A stretch of 63,844 nt of DNA, counting the filler, from Olpidium bornovanus S191 (lineage: Eukaryota > Fungi > Olpidiomycota), in the NCBI GenBank assembly GCA_017911155.1. It is 34 parts of 34 records of this genome, joined end to end, with 100 filler letters (N's around TTAATTAATTAA, not from the genome) between each part and the next. Parts side by side here need not be neighbours in the genome. Positions count along the whole stretch, not along the records: positions 50,872 to 52,800 come from JAEFCI010013124.1; positions 52,901 to 54,207 come from JAEFCI010001427.1; positions 54,308 to 55,735 come from JAEFCI010002649.1; positions 55,836 to 57,853 come from JAEFCI010006255.1; positions 57,954 to 60,176 come from JAEFCI010005951.1; positions 60,277 to 61,960 come from JAEFCI010010974.1; 28 more parts are not named here. One strand, 5' to 3'. Below, in pieces: positions 50,997-60,277 of this stretch; the stretch's first letter is position 1; every line of letters starts with the position of its first letter. The notes under the pieces were generated by a model. That model searched no databases and was not told the origin of the DNA. It was given only the letters and a program-made list of their open reading frames with translations. Both the position numbers and the translations under genes were made by a program.

Positions 50997-51667
50997 TTAG
51001 CAGACGGTGCCCGAGCAGGAAGCAATACGCGGCCACAAGTCGGCGCACTCCTTGGCGACAGGGCCCGTGATAGCAGAACCCTTCATTTCTCCCTTGACGT
51101 TGACGATGACTCCCGCGTTGTCTGGTCGGATAGAGCCGCGCGTTAGAAAGCAAGGCAGACCAGGTCTCACTATTGACTGCCAAAAAAGGGGGAGGAAAAA
51201 GCTGCTCCGCTACCTTCAAAGTAAAGGAAAACACCGTCACGCCTGCGCCAGGGCTTGCGCTGGCGGATAACGACGGCCGGCATGACTTGAAGCAGCAATT
51301 GGAGAGGGAAAAAACAAGTAGTGTAAACAACGGGCAGAGACGGAAACAAAACGCCGACGCGCGCAGAGCATAGGACTGAACCACACAAACACCAACTCCC
51401 CCCCACCCCCCACCCAAAATCGCCCAACGCCACTCGCAACGCACCCTTCTTCCGGAGTTCAGGCTTGCCCTTCTTCACGGTAGCCATAACCATGTCGCCG
51501 CATCCGGCGGCGGGCAGCCTGTTGAGGCGGCCCTTGATCCCCTTGACGGAGATGACGTACAAGTTCTTCGCGCCCGAGTTGTCGGCGCAGTTCATGATGG
51601 CTCCAACGGGCAAACCGAGGGCCATGCGGAACTTGTTTCCGGAACCTCCTCCTCCGCGCTTGGACAT
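50997..51667 (-). CDS. RPL23: 60S ribosomal protein L23 (uL14), three exons
   Basis: [25 protein letters not shown]...[10 protein letters not shown]|[11 protein letters not shown]...YFE|[34 protein letters not shown]. Confidence 0.98.
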
Positions 51668-52527
51668 CTGCGCGAAACGGACGTGCGGCAGTTTTGAGTC
51701 AGAGAGAGTTGCACGGTAATCTGGGCCACGGCGCACGCGAGTTCGCCGAGTCCCGGCTATACTTTGGGGAAGGGGTTGTGGCAGGGGGAAGGGGAGGGGG
51801 AGTGCGGTCAAGGCCGTCTGGGACCCCTGTCCAGCGGAACACGGGATCCACGCTCGCAAAAGCCGAACAGGACGGAAACGCTTGCGCCAACAAAAAAAGC
51901 GGAAAAAAACAACTGCTCCCGCCCGTCGGAGGCCAGCGGTCCTCGCGGCAAGGAGTTTAGTCCGGGGCGTGACCCGTCTGGTTGTCGGTGGTTCCGGTCG
52001 GCGGAGCGGGTGGGGAAACGCCAGGGGAGGGCGGCGGCGCCCGCAGCAAGCGCGGCGGAAACGGCGGATACGCAGGCTGGCGCGCGCTGCAGCACGGAAG
52101 GACCAAGCCGAGGCGGCAGGAGCACGGCGGGGGAAGCCGGGAATGACGATCCGGATGGGATGGGACGGGTCGGGTCGGTGGCGGGGGAGGGGGTCACAGC
52201 GCCCGGCCGGCCGTACGTTTGCGTATGGGTTTTAGATTTCTCTTTGGGTTCCACGGCGGTTTGGCGTGTGGGCGAGGACGGAAAAACGGGGGAGGGGGGA
52301 GGGGGAAGGGGGGGAAGGGAGGGAGAAAGTCGCCCCTACATAGCAAATTGAATTGAAAAGGGGAGGGGCGGACAAATTTCCGAAACCAAACGCAGAATTT
52401 GCTGAGAGAGAGAGGCAGCAGCGGGCGTTCACAGAAATCCGGGCTCGGCAAGAAAAAAATCCGGACGGGGGGAAAAGAAGGCTTGGCCCTTTTCTTTCTC
52501 GTTTTCTTCTTCTTCCCTCCGCTAAAA

Positions 52528-52593
52528 ATGAATTGGACCGGCGGCGCGCTCGTCCGGGGCAAGAAGTCGAAGTCGCGGCTGCAGCTACACAAG
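52528..52593 (+). CDS. Possible first exon of an MNWxGG-family (C12orf40/REDIC1-like) protein
   Basis: MNWTGGALVRGKKSKSRLQLHK followed by a possible GC donor (GCAAGT). Only 22 aa visible. Confidence 0.3.
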
Positions 52594-52734
52594 GCAAGTG
52601 TGCCGCGGGGGGGAACGGAGCAGTGCTGAGGACCGCATAAAAAAAAAACCAAAGAAAGGAAAATGAGCTTGCCGAATCGAGGATCTCAGACCTCTCGGAT
52701 CTTTTGCGGGAACCTACTCGCCTTGCATCATCCC

Positions 52735-52766
<32 letters not shown>

Positions 52767-53376
52767 TTTTTTTTTTTTTTTCCCCCCCAACCCCCCCCCC
52801 NNNNNNNNNNNNNNNNNNNNNNNNNNNNNNNNNNNNNNNNNNNNTTAATTAATTAANNNNNNNNNNNNNNNNNNNNNNNNNNNNNNNNNNNNNNNNNNNN
52901 CATGAGGTTTTCGGATTTTAGTTTCGAGAATTCTCCGACGGTTGCCAGGGATGCCCCCAGCGACCTTCCCCCGCGCGAAAGAAAATTTCCCGCGAGGGGG
53001 TTTCCCGGGGGGAAAGGGCGGGGGGAAAGCGGCCCCTCCTTTCCCTCGCTCCTCTCGCTCCGCGTGTGGAGACCGCGTGGCGGCCCACGCGTGAAACACG
53101 CGAACCCCGAAACGCGGCGGTCACCGCCCCCCCTGCCGCACCCCTCCCCGCCCCAGACCCACCGCCGCTCCCCGCCCGCACGCGCCTTCCTCCGCGCTCC
53201 CCGCAGCGGGCCTCCGCCTATTAATTTACCGTAGCCGTCCGCCCGGGACCTCTCTTCCCCGCGCGTTTCGAAAACTCCCGCCCGCCCCGTCGAGTTTCGC
53301 CCTCCCATCGGAAACCAGGAAGCGACAAATTCTCTCTCTTTTTTTCTAGAAAAAAGAAAATCTGCACCCCGAGAAA

Positions 53377-54051
53377 ATGCGCTTCTCTCCGATGATCTTT
53401 TCCGGCCTGGCCGTCGCGTGCGCTGCCCTGTCCGCCGTCCACGCCTTGCCCCACCCCGCGCCGGCCAGGCCCGGCGAAGTCGCTGCGGCGGCGTCGCCGT
53501 CGTTCGTCCCGCGCGTGGCCGGGGCGCTGCCAGAGGCGGCGGCGGAGTCGGCCGCGGTTGCGGCGGAGCCGGAGAGGCGGCAGCGCGCGCCCGCGCTCAA
53601 GAAGAGGTTCGCCGGGGCCGCCGCGAAGGTCGTCGGCAAGGTCATCCAGGCCCCGTTCAAGGCGGCGGCGGCCACCGCGAGGTTCGCGGGCCGGACGGCC
53701 ATGGGCGCCGTCCGCGTCGCGGGCAAGATCGCCGCGTTCCCGTTGAAGGCGACGGCCGGCGTCGCGCGCGTCGCCGGCAAAGTCGTCGCGGCCCCGTTCA
53801 AGGCGGTCGCCGGCGTCGCGCGCGTCGCCGGCAAAGTCGTCGCGGCCCCGTTCAAGGCGGTCGCCGGCGTCGCGCGCGTCGCCGGCCGCGCGGTCGAGGG
53901 CACCGTCAAGTTCGCGGGCAAGGTCGCAGCGGTCCCGATCAGGGCGGCCTACAAGGGCGCGACGCTCCTCGGCAAGGCCGTCAAACGTCCCTTCAGGTCG
54001 AAGAAGGGTAAGTCCGCCCGGTTGACCGAGCCCGCCGCCGTGTTCGCATAA
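53377..54051 (+). CDS. Secreted precursor: signal peptide + acidic spacer + KKR site + cationic amphipathic 18/11-aa repeat domain
   Basis: MRFSPMIFSGLAVACAALSAVHA-LP signal; LKKR|F at 53607/53608; GC3-rich codons; 54-bp DNA repeats. A possible GTAAGT donor at 54008 may change the last residues. Confidence 0.85.
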   Translation: MRFSPMIFSGLAVACAALSAVHALPHPAPARPGEVAAAASPSFVPRVAGALPEAAAESAAVAAEPERRQRAPALKKRFAGAAAKVVGKVIQAPFKAAAATARFAGRTAMGAVRVAGKIAAFPLKATAGVARVAGKVVAAPFKAVAGVARVAGKVVAAPFKAVAGVARVAGRAVEGTVKFAGKVAAVPIRAAYKGATLLGKAVKRPFRSKKGKSARLTEPAAVFA

Positions 54052-54769
54052 CCCGCCGCGGCTGTCGCCTGATCGGCGGGACGGAGCATGAGTTCTATTC
54101 AAACGTCGGGAAATCGGGAACTTCCGCGCCGTCTCGGTCCTTAGACGCGGGTGGGATGGGGACAAATGTCCCTCCCCGTCGAGCGAGCTTTTGTACCCTA
54201 GGGCGCANNNNNNNNNNNNNNNNNNNNNNNNNNNNNNNNNNNNNNNNNNNNTTAATTAATTAANNNNNNNNNNNNNNNNNNNNNNNNNNNNNNNNNNNNN
54301 NNNNNNNCCCTGCGAAAAAAAATAAAAAGAGAGAGCGATAAAGCAAACGTTTTGGAATGTTTGTGGGCTCTCGCGATCGCCAAACCGAACAAATACGCGT
54401 TTGTCCGGATGGCCGGCAGACCTTCATGGATCCAGTTCCTGTTGTATTCACTGCACCGCGGCAGATTCGAAAAGGCCGTTTAGATAAGAAACGTGCCATT
54501 TTGGCGGCCGCAGACAAGATCAAAGGCCGGCGGCGACAGAGTACATCATGGTCGTTTTCCCCGCATACCTTCCATGCTCATGTGACTCATGTTGTCGCTG
54601 ATCCCGTCGACGGGGTCCTCGTCAGGGAACGGCCCGTTCATACTCTTGGTGCTCTCCACGTACACTGCCTGCGGCGCGAAGTTGACGACGGGGGGCAGTG
54701 CTGCGGCATCCTCCTGTGCTCCACCGCTTGAAACGTCAGCCGCTGGCACGCAGGCCGTGAGTAAGGATG

Positions 54770-55640
54770 CCAACATCTTCAGGCGGTTATTTTAGAACCC
54801 CTGGCTGGCCAAAACAACCCGAAAGGCGTGGCGCACAGATAGGCCAGACTCCTCAGCCGGCTCACCAGATAGGGAAGGCTGTGGCTGCTTCTTTGTTGCG
54901 GTACTCTGATCACCTCTGGATCGCTGTTTTAGCAGGGTTTGTTCCGCCGCTAACGCCTATGTGAGCGTCAGGCATCAGCACATGCTCGCAAGTATCCCAA
55001 TGTCGGCGGCGAGCTCAGATTATGCGTCACAATGGCCAAGGTCACCACATACTCACGTCCTGAAAATTGGGAAACAAATTTTCATACTCAGCAGGGTCCG
55101 CCAGCGCCTCCGCCGCCTTGTGCTTGTTGTCCTTCACGAGCCGCTCTTTCCAAAGCTTGACCACCCTCGATATTTGACTAAGAGAGATCCGCCGCACCTC
55201 GTCGTTACAGGAACGAGAAGAAAATTAACCGTCCCTACCGCCATTTACCACGTGTGCGACCGACCTCGGAAGGTAAGTCCGCGCAAACATCGCTGCCTCG
55301 GGTATGCGGTCGGTGGTGATGAGGAGTTCGAGGCACTCCTCCACGGCTCCGAGCAGAAGCAGTGACGTGAAAGCGACGTTGTTCTGGCCCTCGGCCACTA
55401 CGTTTTGGCCGTTAAAGAGCCGTCAGAACAGATCTCAGGGTCCCTGCCGTACCAGAATTCGACGTTCACCCAACAAGTTCAGTTCGCAACATACAAGCTC
55501 GCTCGGATAATTCACGCAGCCCTTGCGCGTCGCCCGTGGCGCTGTACATCAAAAGGAGTCCGCTCAGGTCCTGAGCGCGCCGAAGGCATTCTTCCGCCAA
55601 CGGAACCTGGAAGTGTAGGCGTGGAATTCACGTAAGGGGA
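54770..55640 (-). CDS. SEC27: Coatomer beta' subunit, C-terminal exons
   Basis: LAEECLRRAQDLSGLLLMYSATGD, QNNVAF, RIPEAAMFARTYLPS, VVKLWKERL...KAAEALADPAEY. Confidence 0.92.
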
Positions 55641-55835
55641 AAAGTCCGGCCGGCGCGCCACGAGACGACAAACAGCGTCCGGCCGCACAGCTTCGTCGGC
55701 AGGACAACCGTTACGCACGTAATAACAAACAACCCNNNNNNNNNNNNNNNNNNNNNNNNNNNNNNNNNNNNNNNNNNNNTTAATTAATTAANNNNNNNNN
55801 NNNNNNNNNNNNNNNNNNNNNNNNNNNNNNNNNNN

Positions 55836-57172
55836 ACATGATGAGAAATATGTCATTACTTTTATCGAACAGTGTAGCCGTTACGCTAAATCTTTTGCAA
55901 TTCCAACAAAGGATAGCAACACAGCCCTACAGAAATTCCGCAACTTGGAATCTACTCCAAAATGTTACGGGCCGCACCCTCAAGATACACCGCGCTGACA
56001 GGGCCGGAGAATACTGCTCCGGCCCATTTGACACGGAACTCGTCGACTCCGGTATCATCCGCCAACAAACAATTCGCGACACACCGGAGCAGAACAGAGT
56101 TGCCAAACGCCTCAACCGCACATTGGAAGAAAGCGTCCAGGCAACTCTCGTCGCCACTAAACTTCCTTCCAGACTTTGAGCCAAAATCTGGTTGGCTACC
56201 GTCAAGATTTACAACCACTCTCGTCATTCTGGAATCAGCTTCAAGCTCCCCATCGCAGAGATTGATCCAGCACATCACAGTCGTCCAGATGTGTCTCGTT
56301 TCCGCAACCTCGGCAGCACCTGCTACTCACACTTACCAAGGGACCAGCGCGAGACCAAATTGTCTTCTGCAGGTGAGAAACTCATTCTTGTTGGTTACTC
56401 TGACACTTCTAAAGGGTACAGACTTTGGAACCCAGTCACCGATGAAATTCTCGAGCGCTACGATGTGACCGTCGACGAATCCCACCACTATGACCCCGCC
56501 GACTGGCCACCCTCTCCCGTGCACGGCAACCGCTCGCCTGATCTGGTCGACCTCGACATTCCTCTTGATGCCGACAAGGATGACATCTACGTTGTCGACC
56601 GTATCACCGATCACCGCTATGATCCTGTGCAAGGCTACTCCTTCTGCATTAAGTGGAAAGGATACGCTCCTACAGACAATACTTGGGAACCACACGCAAA
56701 TCTTTCCTGCCCGGCCAAGCTCGAACAGTATTTCCGCCGCAAACGCCTCCCATTTTCCCCGGAACTGCAGCATGCGACAGACTCAGACACGACCGACTTG
56801 GCCAACTCCTTCGCCTTGTCCACCTCGGTCCCTGACGGAACTCCGCGTGTCTCAACAGACCCTCAACTTTTTAAGAAGCCATCACGTGCTCTGACGGCAA
56901 GAAATGGGACAATGCCATGCATCAAGAACTGGCCTCTCCCTAACGTAATGGTGTCTTCAGACTGGTTCCGCAACCCGCTGACATCCGTCCAGTACGCGGC
57001 AAATGGGCCTACAAAACAAAGCTTCACCCAGACAGGTCTATCCACAAATACAAGGCCCGTTACGTCACGAAAGGGTATTTGCAGCGTCCCGGAATCGACT
57101 TTGAGGACACCTGGTCCCCAGTCATTGCTTTTACCGCTTTGCGTTTTCTTCTTGCCATCGCTGCGCGCCATG
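55836..57172 (+). mobile_element. Degenerate Ty1/copia pol: integrase core, SH3/GKGY module, chromodomain, start of RT
   Basis: RADRAGEY, PEQNRVAKRLNRTL, VGYSDTSKGYRLWNP, chromodomain 56585-56740. After a frameshift: EAI...W..AM.QEL...GKWAYKTK...YKARYVTKGY.Q.PGIDFEDTWSPV. INT before RT is the copia order. Confidence 0.93.
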
Positions 57173-57853
57173 TGTAGTGAACCGTCCTTGATCCTCTATA
57201 TCAACCCCCACCCGGCTCTCTCTCTCTCTCCCTCTGTCTCGCGGTCTCTCTTCTTAATACACACAACAACCTCGACTTTCCTCTACAAAGTGGGGAATCC
57301 GAGGAAGAACCATCCTTCGACCAGCCTCCCTTTCGACCAGCTCTCGCGCTTTGCCCTCCGCCGCGCCCGCGCTTTGCCCTCCGCCGTGCCCGCGCTTTGT
57401 CTTTCGCCGCGCCGTCCTCCGCCGCGCCGCCGCCATCCGGCAGCCCTTCGCCGCCGCCGCGCCCCCTGGCGGCCCTCGCCCCCAGGCCGCCCTCCGCTGC
57501 GCCGCGCCATCCGGCAGCTTCCGCCTTGCCATCACGCCCCCGCTAAGTGTCGCGCGCGCCGCCCCGGCGCCTCCCGGCTGCCCTCCGCCGCCACGTCCTC
57601 CGCAGCGCCGCCCCATCCGGCAGCTTCCGCCTTACCGTCGCGCCCGCGACAAGTGCCCACCGCCTGCTGCTGCACCATTTCCCCGTCGCGACCCCGCCGC
57701 CGCGTTTGTTTTTGAGCTTGTTCCTGCTCACCGCGCTTTTGTCTTTATTCGCTCCATTGCTTTTGCCGTCGACGACAGCCGCTGACGATGCCCTCCCCGC
57801 GTCGTCGACGCCGTAAAGGCGCGACGCCGCTGCCGCTGTCGCCCCACGTCACG
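57173..57853 (+). mobile_element. Second LTR element inserted into the copia RT: 115-bp LTR (57173-57287), possible PBS and leader
   Basis: RT homology stops abruptly at TGTAG...CTACA; TGG-starting tract at 57291; GC-rich leader follows. Confidence 0.7.
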
Positions 57854-57955
57854 NNNNNNNNNNNNNNNNNNNNNNNNNNNNNNNNNNNNNNNNNNNNTTA
57901 ATTAATTAANNNNNNNNNNNNNNNNNNNNNNNNNNNNNNNNNNNNNNNNNNNNAC

Positions 57956-60161
57956 CATGAAATTTTCGAAGGACGGAAAATACCTGTCGACCGGGGGGCA
58001 GGACACTGTCGTCCGTGTCTGGTGCCTGGTCTGCGAAGGGGAGCCGGACTCCGCGGCGGCACCCGCGGCGGCTACTCCAACGGACCCGGAGACCCCGCGG
58101 ACGGTTTCTTCGACAGCGCCGTCGTCAAGGTTGCGGACCGTGTCCTCGTCGACGACTTCGTCGGGAAACTATTGGAAAACTAATGACCAGGGGTTTCGCC
58201 CAATCCCGCTTCGAGAGTATCGCGGACACACGGCCGCCGTGCTCGACCTCAGTTGGAGTAAGGTCTGGCACGATCACGGGGGTTGGCCTGTGCAGATCTG
58301 TATTTGCTCTGCCCTCTCATCTATGACGTCCGGATATAGACGTTGTGCTAACTCACTGCTGTTGGTGACCAGAATAATTTTCTGCTTTCATCGTCAATGG
58401 ACAAGACTGTACGGTATGATCTGGCATTTTGATTCCATATAGCCGCCAGAGCCCTGAAAGACGGCAGGCTGAGAGCTGAGACGGGCCCGTCATGCCCCGG
58501 CTTATGGAAAACAAGGTTATGGCATGTTACGCGACAGGAGTGCCTCTGCTGTTTCCAGCACCCGGACTTCGTTACTGCCATCACATTCCATCCGCGTGAC
58601 GACCGCTTCTTTCTCTCCGGCTCCCTCGACTGCAAGCTCCGGCTGTGGAACATCCCAGACAAGAAGGTCACGTGCTGGAATGAGTCACCGGAAAACCTCA
58701 TAACTGCTGTCGGGTTCACCCTTGATGGTAAGATCGCCGTTGCTGGCAGCTACGTCGGTTTATGTATGTTCTACGAAACAGAGGTTAGTCATGCGTTTAT
58801 GTGCTGTTCAATGTTTCGGAGTAGAATAGAGAACGCCATCGGGATGCGCCCTGCTCTTGTCATTGTTCTGGGATTCTTTCTATTAAATGTCTGCAATTTC
58901 GGAACCCCATAGAATATGAAATATAATACCCAAATTCATGTCAAGGCTTCCGGCCGAGGGGCGAAAGCCAAGAAAATCACGGGCATCGAGCCAATGCCCG
59001 GCACACCACCTGGTGAGGAAAAACTCTTGATTACTTCCAACGACTCCAGGATCCGATTGTACAATATGAGAGATAAGTCATTGGAGTGCAAGTTCAAGGG
59101 CCTGGAAAACACAAGCAGTCAGATACGGGCGTCTTTTAGGTGAAGGATATCGGCATTGCATTAATCCCATCAGGTGTGTGGAGTATTGTTCCATCTAATA
59201 AAAGGTGCTCATAAACTCTTTAGTGACGACGGCCGCTATATAATATGCGGCTCCGAAGATCGGCATGTCTATGTTTGGGACTCCGATCTTCCCGGCGCAT
59301 CTGCGCAGCAAGTTTCAAATCCTGGCGAGGCTGATGGGAACGTACTCCAATCTTACCTAGGACAGGGCGGGCTCTTCTCGAAAGGGAAGGGCACGAGGCC
59401 AGTGGAGAGCTTCGAGGGTATGCCGTTGGGTGCTTTGAGGGTGCGCTGCCACAACTGGTAGCGTGGTTTCTTAACGCCATTACTTCATCCCAGCCCACCC
59501 CGAGATCGTGACGGTAGCCGTGTTCGCGCCGACGCGGACAAAGCAGCTTCTTGCCGCGCATGGCGATAGGCTGTTCGGCATGACGGCCGCTCTAACGCAC
59601 GGAGACGCAGATCCCGGGTCGCTGACTTACCCGGACGGCAACATCGTCATTACAGCTGACCACACGGGCTGCATACGGGTGTTCCGCAACGACCCGGTGC
59701 CGCGGTTCGGGGCCAGATCCGAGTCCGACAGCGTGTCGGTCCGATCCACGGCGTCGTCGATCAAGAAAATAATTCTCCACCCGCGACAGGGCCTACGATT
59801 CCTGCGGCCTGGTACCAATCGTGCTCCCTCGGTGACGGCATCGAACCCCGCCTCCCCACTTGGCTGGGCTCAGAACGCGTCAAACGTCTCGTTGAATGAC
59901 CCTGGGCGCTCCGGAAGCTTGACGCCTCCGCCCCGGGTACCGAAAGCGGCCAGCCTCAGCAGCCTCGAGTCCTTTTCGGCGTCCTTCCGCCGCTCCTCGC
60001 AGTTCTCTGTCGCCGGGTCGAGCTCCGGGCGGCAAAAGAGCACCCTCTGCCCTTCATGCGGCTCCGCCGATGTCCGCGGTTTCTCCGTCCTGGACGAGCG
60101 GGGACTTCCCGGGCAGATGGTGGTGTGCGTGGCGTGTAACAAGGTGGTGAGCGGGATTTGA
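57956..60161 (+). CDS. WDR44 (rabphilin-11)-like WD40 protein, C-terminal part, with terminal C4 zinc ribbon
   Basis: KFSKDGKYLSTGGQD, YRGHTAAVLDLSWSK|NNFLLSSSMDKTVRLW, FHPRDDRFFLSGSLDCKLRLWNI, LLITSNDSRIRLY, SSQIRASF|SDDG. Confidence 0.9.
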
Positions 60162-60277
60162 AAAAAAAAAAAAAAANNNNNNNNNNNNNNNNNNNNNNNN
60201 NNNNNNNNNNNNNNNNNNNNTTAATTAATTAANNNNNNNNNNNNNNNNNNNNNNNNNNNNNNNNNNNNNNNNNNNNG

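Noticed and set aside
53221-54165. Long overlapping ORFs on both strands around the secreted repeat protein (e.g. -53221..54165, -53346..53921)
   Set aside because: Shadow ORFs caused by high GC and 54-bp repeats; only +53377..54051 has a signal peptide and GC3-biased codons.
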